The position numbers were made by a program, and so were the translations under genes. The notes under the pieces were generated by a model. The model ran no database searches and was not told the DNA's origin. It saw only the letters and a program-made list of their open reading frames with translations. A stretch of 63,596 nt of DNA, counting the filler, from Octopus bimaculoides (taxonomy: Eukaryota), in the NCBI RefSeq assembly GCF_001194135.2. It is 7 parts of 7 records of this genome, joined end to end, with 100 filler letters (N's around TTAATTAATTAA, not from the genome) between each part and the next. Parts side by side here need not be neighbours in the genome. Positions count along the whole stretch, not along the records: positions 19,456 to 27,646 come from NC_069003.1; positions 27,747 to 40,085 come from NC_069006.1; 5 more parts are not named here. One strand, 5' to 3'. Of this stretch, positions 25,660 through 39,328 are shown piece by piece. Position 1 is the first letter of the stretch, and every line of letters starts with the position of its first letter.

Positions 25660-25980
25660 AGATACATGGTTCAATGGTTTGTGTATTCGGCTCACGATTG
25701 TAAAATCGTATGTTCGATTACTGACGGCTCGAAGAGTCCTTGAGCACGACACTTTATTCCACGTTGCTCCAGTGCACTCAGGTGGCAAAAATGGGCTGTA
25801 CCAGTAATTCAAAAAGCCAACCTTGTCACATTCTGTTTCGAGCTGAATCTCATAGAAAACAACGTTAAAGGCACGCGTGTCTGTGGAGTGTTCAACCACT
25901 TACATGTTAATTTCATGAGCAGGCTGTTGTTCCGTTGACTGGATCGACCAGAACGTTCATCGCTGTAACCGATGCAGCTC
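25660..25980 (+). mobile_element. SINE family D
   Basis: tRNA-like head (GTTCGATT) followed by CTTGAGCACGACACTTTATTCCACGTTGCTCCAGTGCACTCAG. A related head lies at ~61560-61650. Confidence 0.6.
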
Positions 25981-26310
25981 TTGGTCAAATTAGCAATGTC
26001 GCGGAAAAAGTTATCGTATTCAAGATGGATTTCCGTCGTCTTGGGTCTGAAAAGAGGAAACATTTATTCAAATTTCAAAAACGATAACCAGAAGTTGTGA
26101 AGGAAGAATAGAGCGAAAAAATAAAAACAAAACAAAAACTAACACTAAGATTCAACACTAAGGTATAAACAATTTTCGTGTTATTTCAAATAGCATTAGA
26201 AAGAAACGAGCGAATTTATCTAAGCACCCGACATTTTGCTATTAATAAAGCCGCTGTTACTAATCTTCGAAGTTTTTGCTTGGAATTCTAAATGTATTCT
26301 TATCCACAAA

Positions 26311-26479
26311 CCATATTTTAACGTGTATAAGGAACCCATTTTTGTCAAAAATTAGGTTTAAAAAATATGGGTATTTCATATACACGGACGGTATTATAAT
26401 CCCTTACAAAATCTTTTCTCCAAATTTCAAGCCCACCCCCCACCAAATTAGGGGGTTCCTTATAGACGTTAAAATACAG
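26311..26479. mobile_element. Tc1/pogo-superfamily (Tc2-like) MITE
   Basis: ~26-bp TIRs: CCATATTTTAACGTGTATAAGGAACC and the reverse complement of GGTTCCTTATAGACGTTAAAATACAG. TA at 26480-26481. Confidence 0.7.
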
Positions 26480-27079
26480 TAATTCTTCATCATCTATTTT
26501 TTGTTGTATATTCTGAAGTGGTATGGTTCGTTGTTGCAAATACAAAAACAATCAAAGACAGAGTGCTGTGTGTCCGATTTCAGTGAGTGTAAGTAGACTG
26601 CAGCCGTCAAAGAGCATTGCTTTGAAGGATTTAATCAAAGAAATCAAACCCAAGTACTTATTTCTAAGCCTGGTGCTTATCCTTTCGACCTCTTTGCCGA
26701 ACCGCTATGTCACGTGGGCATAAGCAAACCAGCACCGATCGTCAAGCGATGGTGAGGACACACATAATCACAAAGTCGCACAAATACATACATACATACA
26801 TACACACATACATACATACATACATGCATACATNNNNNNNNNNNNNNNNNNNNNNNNNNNNNNNNNNNNNNNNNNNNNNNNNNNNNNNNNNNNNNNNNNN
26901 NNNNNNNNNNNNNNNNNNNNNNNNNNNNNNNNNATGTATGTATGTATGTATGCATGCATGCATGTATGTATGTGTGTATGTGTGTATTGAGTGTGTGCTG
27001 GTATTTGCATAGATGTGTGTATACGCACACACATATATATGTAAATGTATGTATGTTCTTTAGTTTGTGTTAGTTATGA

Positions 27080-27510
27080 CTCAATATTCTACTCAATACC
27101 ACAGATTTGCTCGACCTTAACCAGTTGAGCGTGTCCTTTAGTTGCTGATGATATGTGCATCTCTGATCAAGAGCAGAAGTAGTGAGGGAGCATCATAGCC
27201 ATATGTTAAGAGGAATTTTTGGGGCTGTGAATAAGTCGCCTCTGGAAACATGGGTATTTTGTTCATCATCCTTAAACAAACCTTATTCAGGGACCTTTTG
27301 AGCGGGATAGAAAGTTCTAACTGGGCCCCACTTACAAGGTCATGTGCGGTATATCTCGATATGAGATCACCATGTCGCGCACATAGGGTTGTGATGCATG
27401 TGCCTGGTGTACCCTTATCAGACAGGCAGTCATGATGGGTATACTGGCCTTCGTATATTTGTACCCAAGTGCCACTTTGATGGCATGCGCTGCTTTCTCA
27501 CTCAATAATG

Positions 27511-27567
<57 letters not shown>
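27080..27567 (+). mobile_element. Interspersed retroposon 3' region ending in a (TAA)n tail
   Basis: Non-microsatellite ~420 bp that I recall as a common octopus repeat, terminating in ...CTCTCACTCAATAAT(AAT)n-like sequence. Family not assigned. Confidence 0.5.
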
Positions 27568-27569
<2 letters not shown>

Positions 27570-27646
27570 CAGACACGACAGAGCTGGGACCTATATACAC
27601 TGGAAGCTATGCCAACACTATGGAATAACAACAGAAAAAAGATGGT
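27568..27646 (+). mobile_element. Small R4/Dong-like LINE fragment
   Basis: RHDRAGTYIHWKLCQHYGITTEKRW matches the RHNxVxxxIHWxLC motif after the CCHC knuckle. Directly follows a (TAA)n array. Confidence 0.6.
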
Positions 27647-27746
27647 NNNNNNNNNNNNNNNNNNNNNNNNNNNNNNNNNNNNNNNNNNNNTTAATTAATT
27701 AANNNNNNNNNNNNNNNNNNNNNNNNNNNNNNNNNNNNNNNNNNNN

Positions 27747-27780
<34 letters not shown>

Positions 27781-29281
27781 ATATATATGTATATATATAC
27801 ACACATACACACACTTACTATAAGATGAGGATACGTGTGTACGTACGCCGCTATATGTATATATAAATATTTAAAAAATGGAACAAAAACGCAACAGAGG
27901 ACAATAAAACATTCGGACAGATGGACAATACAAAGGCGTAGAGGAGAAACAACAATTAGAAGGACAGGGAAAAAAAGGGCAAGTAATTCATGGCCTTCTT
28001 CCTTTGAACTGCCCAAAACTGTAAGGACATTTGGTAATTTGACTGAAGAAAGAAGGCAATGAATGACCCATCCTGTCCATGTGGTTGGGAAGCAGACTTC
28101 TCACCACACAGCCTCACCTTCACCTATCTGCAAGTTGTTTGCAAAAATGCTCTGTAGCATTTTTTTTTTTGTTAAATACTGAGTTCAAACATCACTAACC
28201 TCAGCCTTGTTTTTTTATCCTTCTGGGGTTGATAAAATATATATTACCAGCTTAGGACTGGAGTCAATGGGACTGGTAAACCTCCTTCTTTTCAAAATTG
28301 TTAGTGTTGTGTCTAAATTAGAAAGAATTAAATCTGCTTCTAGAATTACCAGCACATTTGCCATATTCACCCTCAACAAACTCTTTTAACAACATTAATA
28401 AAACACGATTACTTTTGCATGGTTCTGTGAAAAGCAATGCATTTTGACATTCGTTGGTTTGCTCCCCCAATTCTCTTCTTTCCCCCACAAAGAAGTGAGA
28501 GAATGTACTGGAAGGCTGTGATCATCTACCAGTCGGCTGCACTTTAAATTAACATCATTCCTTTCATTTACACTTGGTTATCTTATTTTCTAAACTCCAT
28601 ATCTTTCTATTAAACACTCTGTCAGTTTGGAGAAGAGAATGCAGACGTTAGACATTTGCCATCCGTCTTTCAATATGGTTCTAAAGAGGAAATACCGTTA
28701 TCTTATGGGGGTTTTTTGTGTGTTTTTTTTTTCTGTTTGTTTGTTGATAAATCTTAATCTTAGAGGTTAAAGTCTGAACAGTCATGTTGTTCAGAATTAT
28801 ATACATAAATATATCAATGTAATAATTGAATAAATTAATGTTGGTGAAGGGCAGCACATTTAAGGGGAGAAAAGAACAGGGTGGGTGCAATCAATTAAAT
28901 CTACCCTGGTTCTTTAGTTGATTGCATTTTTTAGTTTGTTGATTGCAGAAGGTGAACATCAAAGGTAATCTCAGCCAGATTTGTGTGTGGTGAATGGGGT
29001 GTTGTGTATATATGTAGAGTGTGTGTGTATTCATACTGTGTGTGTGTTTGTGGTGTTGTGTGTGTGTGTAAAGAAAAGTGTAAAAATTTAAGGAGAAGCT
29101 GACCTAAAAATCATAAAAAGAATCACAGAAAATTATTTTATTTCTTAGTGAGGAAGGGAAAGTAGTGTTCTTGATCTTTACCAGGGTTTCCAAGACTTGT
29201 GGGGAGGGGCATAGAGACATTACCTGAATGCTTATAGCAGGGTACACTCTGCTAAAGGGACCCAAATATGTGGTGGTGGTG

Positions 29282-29858
29282 TCAACCCTTTCTGTGTCCT
29301 CTCTATTATCACATGTGATACACAGGGAAAAAATATTTCCTTGGCATCCATGCACCATATATGATGCATATTCCCTTTTTTTTCCATCCTCCAGATTAAC
29401 TTGGAACATATGAAACGAGGATTAGCTAAAAGTCTGAAGACAAACTTGGATGTTTAGGACAAACTTGGATGTTTAGGACAAACTTATGAAAATACTTTGG
29501 ACAGGCAAAGGGTTAAGATGGGGGAGAGAGATTTTGTTGCTATTTTTAGCATGCAAAGGCTCCCTGTTGGCTTATACATTGAGACAGGCTTCTTAACCCT
29601 TTCTGTCCTGGGTATCAACAGATGTGATGAAACACACAGGTTTTATTTATTTGGTGTCCATGCATTGCATATGATACACATTCCCAGATTTTTTTGAAAC
29701 CCCAAAGTAACTTGGAACTTATGAAGGGAAAATAAGCTTTATATTGCTTAGAACGTATGAAACAGAGAAAAACTAAGAGTCTGAAGATAAGCATGGATGT
29801 TAAAGGATGAACTTATGAAAATGATTTGGACAGGCAAACAACCAGAGTAAAGGTTTAA
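29282..29858. mobile_element. Two tandem TTAA-type (piggyBac-like) MITEs
   Basis: Copy 1: (T)CAA-CCCTTTCTGT at 29282 to GGACAGGCAAAGGG-TTAA at 29516. Copy 2: TTAA-CCCTTTCTGTCC at 29593 to AAAGGTTTAA at 29858. Internal sequences are similar. Confidence 0.6.
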
Positions 29859-30421
29859 GTCTGCCATCCAAGATTAAGTCTATCTCTGTGGATTAACTCT
29901 GCTATCAAAATGTGAAAGTATTAAGATAATCTCACAGAGGAACATGATGAAGGAGCATAAATATATGTCTTTGTGGAGAGGATTTGTGAGAGCAGAAACC
30001 ATTTCTTTTAAGAGGGGACAGCAGTAGTAAATGGATGAGAATTAGCAGAAAAAGGGGTTACATGGTTAATTAAGAAGAGGAACAGGGGAATTCAGTTGGG
30101 GAGAATAACAACCAGGAGGTATTTCTAGAATAAAAGAGACTTTAAACCTCATCACTTAAACAAGGACAAACCATAACTGTAAGATTAACTGTTTAGCATT
30201 CAGATTACTCTGTCAAATCTTCAGATTATTTGATTACATTGTTTTGAATTAATCCTGCAGGAATGGCTGTGTGGTAAGAAGTTTGCTTCCCAACTACATG
30301 GTTCTGGGTTCAGTCCCATTGTGCGGCACTTTGCCTAAGTGTCTTCTGTTATAGTCTTGGGCTGACCAAAGCCTTGTGAGTGGATTTGGTAGATGGAAAT
30401 TAAAAGAAGCCCTGTTGTGTT

Positions 30422-30455
<34 letters not shown>

Positions 30456-30721
30456 AAGGGCATTATTATAGAAAAATAATAACGCCACACAGTGGACTTC
30501 TCAAAATAACCACATTTAGTACCTATGCGAGGAAAAAACAACCNNNNNNNNNNNNNNNNNNNNNNNNNNNNNNNNNNNNNNNNNNNNNNNNNNNNNNNNN
30601 NNNNNNNNNNNNNNNNNNNNNNNNNNNNNNNNNNNNNNNNNNNNNNNNNNNNNNNNNNNNNNNNNNNNNNNNNNNNNNNNNNNNNNNNNNNNNNNNNNNN
30701 NNNNNNNNNNNNNNNNNNNNN

Positions 30722-30766
<45 letters not shown>

Positions 30767-30789
30767 TATATGTATGTATGTATGTATGT

Positions 30790-31780
30790 CAGTCATTATT
30801 CCGTTTATTTCAAGATTTCTTGCCAATAGAGAAAGAACTGGTTTCTAACTTAGATCCTTCATTGAAATTTCAACATCAACAACAGGTTATTTTTGTTTGT
30901 ATGTATGTATGTATATGTGCAGTATGTTTTATGTATCTATTCTCATGCATATAGTTACATATGTAGACATGCTCATATATATTTAAATGATAAACTTCTG
31001 GAAAGTTTTACAGTTCTAATGATGGACTGGATCTGTAGTCTTTGAATTAGCTTTCTGGTTCTGAGAAGCCTAATTTCTCAAGATTGGTACTTAGGAAGTG
31101 TGTTACATATCCCAGGGCCCCAATAATTACAGTTATAAACCTAAACTTGTAATCTGGATAGAGTAACTGAAGATTTCCCAATAGGTCAGTAGTGTTCTCT
31201 TTTTCACTGATCTTCAGCTTTATGTTAACATCCACTGAGCAGCTAATTTCCAGAATTGTACACAGTTTCTCTTCTCTATCCCAAATCATTATATCAGGTC
31301 TGTTGTGCTTACATCTTATTGAGGTCTTCACTGGGACATTCCACCAGTATTCCTTTTCGTTATGAGTGGCTATGGCTTCTACCATATTGTGGGTTTTTAT
31401 TTCTTTGTCCTTTGGATTATCCTTCCGACAGATTTCATTATAGAGTGTCCTGGCCACAATGTTATGTCTCATTGGTAGATATTACTATGATGACATTTTC
31501 GGATAACTGCTTATGATGTGGGAGATATCTTCAGTGTGAACTCCACAAAGTCTGCATCAGTTGTCACCTTTTCCTGCCTCTCTATTCCTTTTGTGCTTCA
31601 GGCATTTGGTTGATATTTCCTGTTCCTGGATTGCAAACGCGTATCCTTCAAAGTGGAAGGTAGTAATCTGGCTATTCGTCCATGATAAACTGCTTTGATG
31701 ATCGCTGTTACTATCATCACGAAGCTTTCTACTAACATGTCCATGCATAGCCTTCTGCTCATATAGCCTCATCCTTTCAT
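30790..31780 (-). mobile_element. 3' part of a restriction-like-endonuclease LINE (R4/Dong/NeSL-type)
   Basis: MHG...EGYAFAIQEQEISTK, a CCHC knuckle (CRLCG...HIISSCP), RHN, WWNVPVKT...HNRPDIMIWD...LEISC and IGALG. Frameshifted; the 3' UTR runs into (TACA)/(TA) repeats. Confidence 0.85.
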
Positions 31781-34221
31781 CTGTTGATATGTTGTGGTAG
31801 AGTCGTGCAACTTCTTTGGGTATGTATGTATGTATGTATGTATGTATGTATGTATTGTGTGTGTGTGTATGTATGTCTGTATGTATGGTATTGTATTGTA
31901 TGGTATTGTATTGTATTGTATTTATGTATTAAAAAAGGGAATCTCATAGCTTTGAAAATGTGAATGTTTATTTTTATACTGACATTATTAGGCAGGTGTG
32001 AGAGGCCTGATCCAGCCAGTTTGAACATAAAACAGAATATCTTGGCAGGAAATGGCCAGTTTCAATGCTAGAGGCTTACTTCATCATATATCCTAGTGCG
32101 CACTTCACTGTTCACCTTTCTTGCAGCAGGTATGTCTAGATATATTACCTGTCAGTTAGTCTTTGTTATATTAACCGGAATTTCTTCAACACAATTAAAT
32201 GTGTTGCCTCTCATTTGATCAAAGTGAAAACAGATAAAAACACAATGTTTGATGGAAAGTTTAACAAAACAAAGAAACAGTGTTTTTTTTTGTAAGATTT
32301 TTGTTTTGTGATTCTTTGGAAAACTTTTCTTTGATGGTTTGTAGTCTATCATTGTTTGTTTGAAATTTTCTTTTTTTATTTTCCTGTGTATTTCTTTATT
32401 TTTTTGAAACATTAGCTAAAAGCAGGTATTTATATATAAATACACATACCTGGACATTGTTACAGCAGATAGAATATCAAATACCATGAATGTTATTTGG
32501 ATTGTTTATTATAAACATGGAGAAGATTTAAACATCCGGCTTAAAGTCAGTCAATACTTAAACAAAAGCAAAAAAATGGTTGTATAAAACAACAAAAACA
32601 AGAATGGTGTCTTTTCGTCATCATCATCATCATCGTTTAACGTCTGCTTTCCATGCTAGCATGGGTTGGACGATTTGACTGAGGACTGGTGAACCAGATG
32701 GCTGCACCAGGCTCCAATCTGATTTGGCCGAGTGTGTAGTGGGTGCTTTTGTTAATTTGTAATTCAGTAATAGTTTCGAAATGCATTTAATACCTATCTT
32801 TGTCACATGAACAAATGTGAGAGCGAGAGGGTGACTGAGATTCTAAGAGGTTGTTTAGTTTGTGAGAAATAATAGTCAAATATCCCTCAACTCACTCTTT
32901 ACTGTCATAACAAAAATTAAGAGTACAATGAATAATATAGTACCAGATACTTTAAAAAAATGTTATGGAATCGACAAATCTCATATTCCTCTGTCATTTT
33001 GAAATTAATCAAAATTCCAAAATTTACCAAATAACTTTTGCTGTCTGAATTTCTCTGACTCTAGACTTTATTAGTGTGTGTGTGTGTGGATCGTCTTTTT
33101 TGTCTTTTTCTGTATATATGCATGTGTCACCTTAGTTGTGTACATATATGTAAGACACATGGACGTCTTCACCATCTTTTCTCTCTCTCTCCCTATCTCT
33201 GAGATAGCCATTTATCTCCTCTACTGCAAGACACCTGTTCCTGCCCCTCTACTCATGCTCTAACCTCTCATCATCTGCTACTGAGCCACCTCCCCTTGAT
33301 ACTACATCTCACCTTACTTAAGGGGTCTTTGCCTTGCAAGTCACCTGGTAACCTCACTGGTGCTGGTGCCACATAAAAAAAGCATCCAGTACACTCTGTA
33401 AAGTGGTTGGTGTTAAGAAAGGCTCTCTGGCCCTAGAAACTGATATTGGAGTAAGATCCTGCTTTCTGGTTTGACAGGAAATGACTGCCACCCAAACCAT
33501 GCCAGCATGGAAAACATGATGATGATGATGATGATTGTGTGTGTGTGTGTTGTAGTGTCTGTCTATGTTTTTCTTTCTGTATTTTTTGTATTTTTGTTCT
33601 TCCTCAGCCAATCCCTGTGTTCAATAGAATAACTCCTGGTATTGACCAATAATTGATTCATTGCCCTTGGCAGGGTTTGAACTCCAGACATAAACCGTTG
33701 TAACTAAATATATCAGAGTATCTAATCTGATGCTCAGAAGTTATACAGTATCCATCACTTCCTCATACATTTTAATTAAAATTAACATTAATGAAATAAC
33801 AACTTTTTAATTAATAACATACTTTATGATACGTGATAAATTAAAAATATAAAATTAAACAAGCAAAATAAAATTTTTCAGAAAAATGAAAAGAAATCCC
33901 CCAAAACTGTTAATTCTTTTGGTTTGACATCTGTCTTTACTTCTGTCTGTCCGTGTGTCCCTTTAACTTTGTATGTGTGGTGCATGTGTGTATGCATGTA
34001 TATGTGAGTGTGTGTACATGTATAAATGTATAGGAGTATGTGTGTGTGTATGCATGTATGTATGTGTGCTTGTATGTGTATGTTTGTAGTTATGGATGGA
34101 CGTGTGTGCTTATATCTGTCTTTTTCTATGTATGTATTTTGGGTATGTTGGTGTGTGTGTGTGTGGGTGGGTATAGGTATGCCTGTCTCACTATTTCTAA
34201 ATGAGTGTATTCATATTCGTC

Positions 34222-34258
<37 letters not shown>

Positions 34259-34323
34259 GCACACACTGCATATGTATGTACGTTTGTGTTTCTGTCTATT
34301 ATCTATATTTGACAATGTTTATA

Positions 34324-34414
<91 letters not shown>

Positions 34415-35087
34415 CTATATATGTGTGTGTGTGTGTGTATGTGTGTCTAATTATTGTTTGATCCTAAGTTCAACCCTACTCAAATGACCTATCAATAAAA
34501 GCATTTCAACAGTGGCCATCCTGTCTTTAACTGATGTCTGTGACATTTGAGGGAGATTTGGCTGTTATTTCTAGCTGATTGACCAACCAGGAAGTTTTCA
34601 TCATATACATTTATCTATTTCTACATGTGTGTGTGGTCAAATTTATCTCCGTTTTTCTGACTTATGCTGTACAATTGTTCATAAATAGATAATTAGTTAA
34701 TTCATCAAAATAATAAATATATAAATTATGCTATGCACCATGGCGCCAGATTAATTATGCCTGCTTTATACAAGCATCTGATTTATGCTTTTGATTGAGG
34801 AAAAAAGCCATTTGTGTGTTCTCTGAGGAATGGTCAACAAACCATGAAATGGTCTATCAGGAGACTCTGCCTCTTTTTTTTTCTTTTTCCCCACATGCAA
34901 AAAACAATGTGTGTACTTTCTTATTTAACCAACAGTTAGGTTTTGTGATGTTTAAATTTATTTCATATCTATTTTTATAAGAAGCGCTTGACTTTTTCAC
35001 CCATGGCCCTCCCAGGAATAAATGGGTGAAGAAGATGAGATGAGATGTATTTTGATGTGCATTTCTCTGGTTGTGTGTACATGTGTA

Positions 35088-35118
<31 letters not shown>

Positions 35119-36103
35119 CATCATCATCATCATCATCATCGTTTAACGTCCGCTTTCCATGCTAGCATGGGTTGGACGATTTGACTGAGGACTGGTGAAA
35201 CCGGATGGCAACACCAGGCTCCAGTCTGATTTGGCAGAGTTTCTACAGCTGGATGCCCTTCCTAACGCCAACCACTCAGAGAGTGTAATATATATATATA
35301 TAGATATTTATGTGTGTGTGTGTGTATGCATGTATCCATGTGTGTTTATAGTATGTGTATTGGTATATTTCTGTTTGTATCTATCTGTTTACTTATAAGT
35401 ATTGATGCGTTTATAGGAGTGTGTGTGTGTATGTGTAGATGGGGAGGCTGGATGCCCTTTTCGAAAATATAAGGACACAGAAATTGTGTCGTATAACTAG
35501 CTGGAAATGATGTTTCCTGGAGCTAAACAACAGTAATAATTGTCCCATCCAGGACACCCACATTATGTTGGCAAATAGTCTTTAAAGAACTGTTACTGAA
35601 TATCTCTATTTGAGAGATTTAGAAATAATAATGTTTATATATATATATAGGTGTAGGAGTGGCTGTGTGGTAAGTAGCTTGCTTACCAACCTCATGGTTC
35701 CGGGTTCAGTCCCACTGTGTGGCACCTTGGGCAAGTTTCTTCTACTATAGCCTCAGGCTGACCAAAGCCTTGTGAGTGGATTTGGTTCATGGAAACTGAA
35801 ATATATATGTGTGGCAAATAGTCTTTAAAGAACTGTTACTGAATATCTCTATTTGAGAGATNNNNNNNNNNGTGTGTGTGTGTGTGTGTGTGTATGAGTG
35901 TTTGTGTGTCTGTGTTTGTCCCGCCCACCATCACTTGACAACCGATGCTGGTGTGTTTACGTTCCCGTAACTTAGCGGTTCAGCAAAAAGAGACCGATAG
36001 AATAAGTACTAGGCTTACAAAGAATAAGTCCTGGGGTCGATTAGCTCGACTAAAGGCGGTACTCCAGCATGGCCACAGTCAAATGACCGAAACAAGTAAA
36101 AGA

Positions 36104-36137
<34 letters not shown>

Positions 36138-36731
36138 NNNNNNNNNNNNNNNNNNNNNNNNNNNNNNNNNNNNNNNNNNNNNNNNNNNNNNNNNNNNNNN
36201 NNNNNNNNNNNNNNNNNNNNNNNNNNNNNNNNNNNNNNNNNNNNNNNNNNNNNNNNNNNNNNNNNNNNNNNNNNNNNNNNNNNNNNNNNNNNNNNNNNNN
36301 NNNNNNNNNNNNNNNNNNNNNNNNNNNNNNNNNNNNNNNNNNNNNNNNNNNNNNNNNNNNNNNNNNNNNNNNNNNNNNNNNNNNNNNNNNNNNNNNNNNN
36401 NNNNNNNNNNNNNNNNNNNNNNNNNNNNNNNNNNNNNNNNNNNNNNNNNNNNNNNNNNNNNNNNNNNNNNNNNNNNNNNNNNNNNNNNNNNNNNNNNNNN
36501 NNNNNNNNNNNNNNNNNNNNNNNNNNNNNNNNNNNNNNNNNNNNNNNNCCCCCCAACATCTCTTGACAATCGATGCTGGTCTGTTTACGTACCCCATAAC
36601 TTACCAGTTTGACAAAAGAGACTGATAGTATAAGTACTAGGCTTGCAAAGAATAAATCCTGGAGTGGATTTGCTCGACTAAAGGCGGTGCTCCAGCATGG
36701 CCACAGTCAAATGACCGAAACAAGTAAAAGA

Positions 36732-36771
<40 letters not shown>

Positions 36772-37559
36772 CTATTTTATCACATTGTATGTATGTATCT
36801 GTGCATGTGTGTGTGTGTACTTAAGTATGAAACAGGAATTTGGAAGGGAGTAAGTTGAAACAAAAAATGGCTGATTCTTGCAGGAAATTCTCAACAGTGA
36901 CTTATTCATTCTCTAAACAGTTCCATTCTTTTATTCCAACCATTCTACCATCTTGTATTCAGGGATTCTTCCATCATTCCTTCACCGAGTTTGAGGAAAG
37001 CTGTTTTGCTGATGAGGTCAGAATAACGCAGGACTTGTCTCTTTTGTTCAGCAATATAATAAATATTATACTTTAATGCTAGCATGATGGAGAAGTTAGG
37101 TTATCCCTGCAACAAACCCAATTTGTAGATATGGAATAAAGGNNNNNNNNNNGCTGATGAGGTCAGAATAACGCAGGACTTGTCTCTTTTGTTCAGCAAT
37201 ATAATAAATATTATACTTTAATGCTAGCATGATGGAGAAGTTAGGTTATCCCTGCAACAAACCCAATTTGTAGATATGGAATAAAGGAAATTGTAGATTG
37301 ATCAAATATTCCTTAAAGATTAACGAATTGATCAGTGATAATTTACCAATCCTTTAAACAAACAGATATGATTTTATTTCCTATTGATTTATTTTGAATC
37401 AACATTTTTTCATGTAAAAACCGAAACAAAACACATTGGAAGTCAAATAAAATGTTTTATTTATGTTTTCTACGAAATTTAGTGCCATCAGTTGTATTAT
37501 TGATATTCCCAACATTGTTTACACTAGCGCACTCTGGCGTTGAGTAATGCAGATTCAAC

Positions 37560-37845
37560 TGAGAAACTTGTGAGCAGGACTCAGGAAATTTGTGAGTGAG
37601 ACTTGAGAAGGAAAAGTTTAAGCCCAATTCAATAAGGAAATTTGTAAATGCAACTCAATATGGATTTGTATGAGTATCACTCAACTTGGAAATTTGTGAG
37701 TGAGACTGAACTAGGAAATTTGTGAGTGAGACTGAACTAGGAAATTTGTGAGTGAGACTCAACTAGGAAATTTGTGAGTGCAATCCAATTAGGAAATTAG
37801 TGAAACTCAACTAGGAAATTTATGAGTGAGACTTGCACATAAAAA
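37560..37845 (+). repeat. ~26-27-bp minisatellite (CTCAACTAGGAAATTTGTGAGTGAGA), about 10 diverged copies
   Basis: Direct inspection. Confidence 0.85.
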
Positions 37846-39328
37846 TTCATGAGTCCACATTATTGAATTTACTTAACAAGAATAAATTGTATCCAATTCT
37901 TTTCATCCACTGAATTTGTTTCATAGTTCCAACCTAACTTTGGTTTATTCTAACACTTCCAAGATAAGAAAATTAACATTTTTTCAGGGTTTTTTTCCAC
38001 CTCCTTCTAATCTAATTTTAAGAAAATTCCAATTTTTTTGTGTCTGCCTTTTTTTACTGTATTCCTCTATACCCCTCTTTCTTTCTTTCTTTCTTTCTTT
38101 ATTTTCTTTCTTTCTTTCTTTCTTTCCTTCATTTCTTCCTTCTTTCTTTCTTTCTTTCTCGTGTTTTTCTTTTCTTTCTTTCCTTCCTTCTTCCTTCCTT
38201 CCTTCCTTTTCTTTTTTCTTGCGTTTTTCTTTCTTTCTTACGTTTTTCTTTTTCTTTCTTAGATAGCTGGTACAGGGGAGGTTTTTTCCCATTCCTGCTG
38301 GCAGTAAACCTACCTTAAATAAATACTGTATCACTATTTCTTAAAAAAAACAGTTTAGAGAGAAAGCTGCCTTTAAGTGTAATTCACACCAGTCTAGTAA
38401 TGACTCACAAACTATTTAACAAGAAAGCGGTGTCTCTTTTGAATTCCCCAGAAATTCTGGTTGTTTGTCGTAACCATCTGATTTGCCTCTGTAAACCATC
38501 AACCAAAGATGTTTCCTCTCCAATTCTTCCCAGACTAATTTCAGTCGATTCTAATCATCTGAAAATTCATTTCTTTTGTTCTAAGATGTTGATCTCAATC
38601 TAAAGATTGTTATCACTTTTTGGGATAATAATTTCTTGCAGACTCCATTACAGTTGACAGGAGATGCTAGAATGTCTGCCACAATTTCTTATAATACTCA
38701 GATGGGTTTTATTTTTTTACTTGTTTTAATCATCAGACTGCGACCATACTGGAGCACTGGCCTGAAGAATTTTTAGTCAAATGAATTGACCCCAGCACCT
38801 TTTTTTTTTTTTAAAGTCTGGTACTTATTCTATAAGTCTTTTTTATTGAACCACTAAGTTACAGGTATATATGTGTATATACCTGTGTGTATGTATATGC
38901 ATACATGAGTGTTTGTGTGTATATGTATGCATATGTGTACATATGTGCAACAAAGTTTAATCATTTTAGGATCATCAACCAACTGGATAATTCAAGAATT
39001 TATTCTACAAATAATTCCAGAAAATTCTGAGAATGTTGTTGTTCTCAAGTCTATTAGTCTTGTTGTTGTTGTTGTTGTTGTCAAGTTGTTAGCTGTTGTA
39101 GTTTAACATTCCTGCATGTAACTCAACGTACACCGTTTTTCTGGTAATGTCTTAACAAGTCTGAGAGGAGCAACTTGAGGAACTCTCTCAGAAACACAAC
39201 TTCCAGCTGTCTGTGGCAATCATTTTGTTAAATGGGTTGTCTTGGTGGAACCTGACAGACAAACTAATTTCATTACAACATTCAAAATTGATTATATACA
39301 CACACACACACACACACACACATATATG

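Noticed and set aside
37016-37045. CTGATGAG-GTC...GAC hammerhead-like start
   Set aside because: Not followed by GAAA, and no stem I/III partner found.
37010-37287. ~133-bp perfect direct repeat around a 10-N gap (and a ~50-bp one at 35571-35620 / 35813-35861)
   Set aside because: Typical unmerged contig overlap next to minimal gaps.
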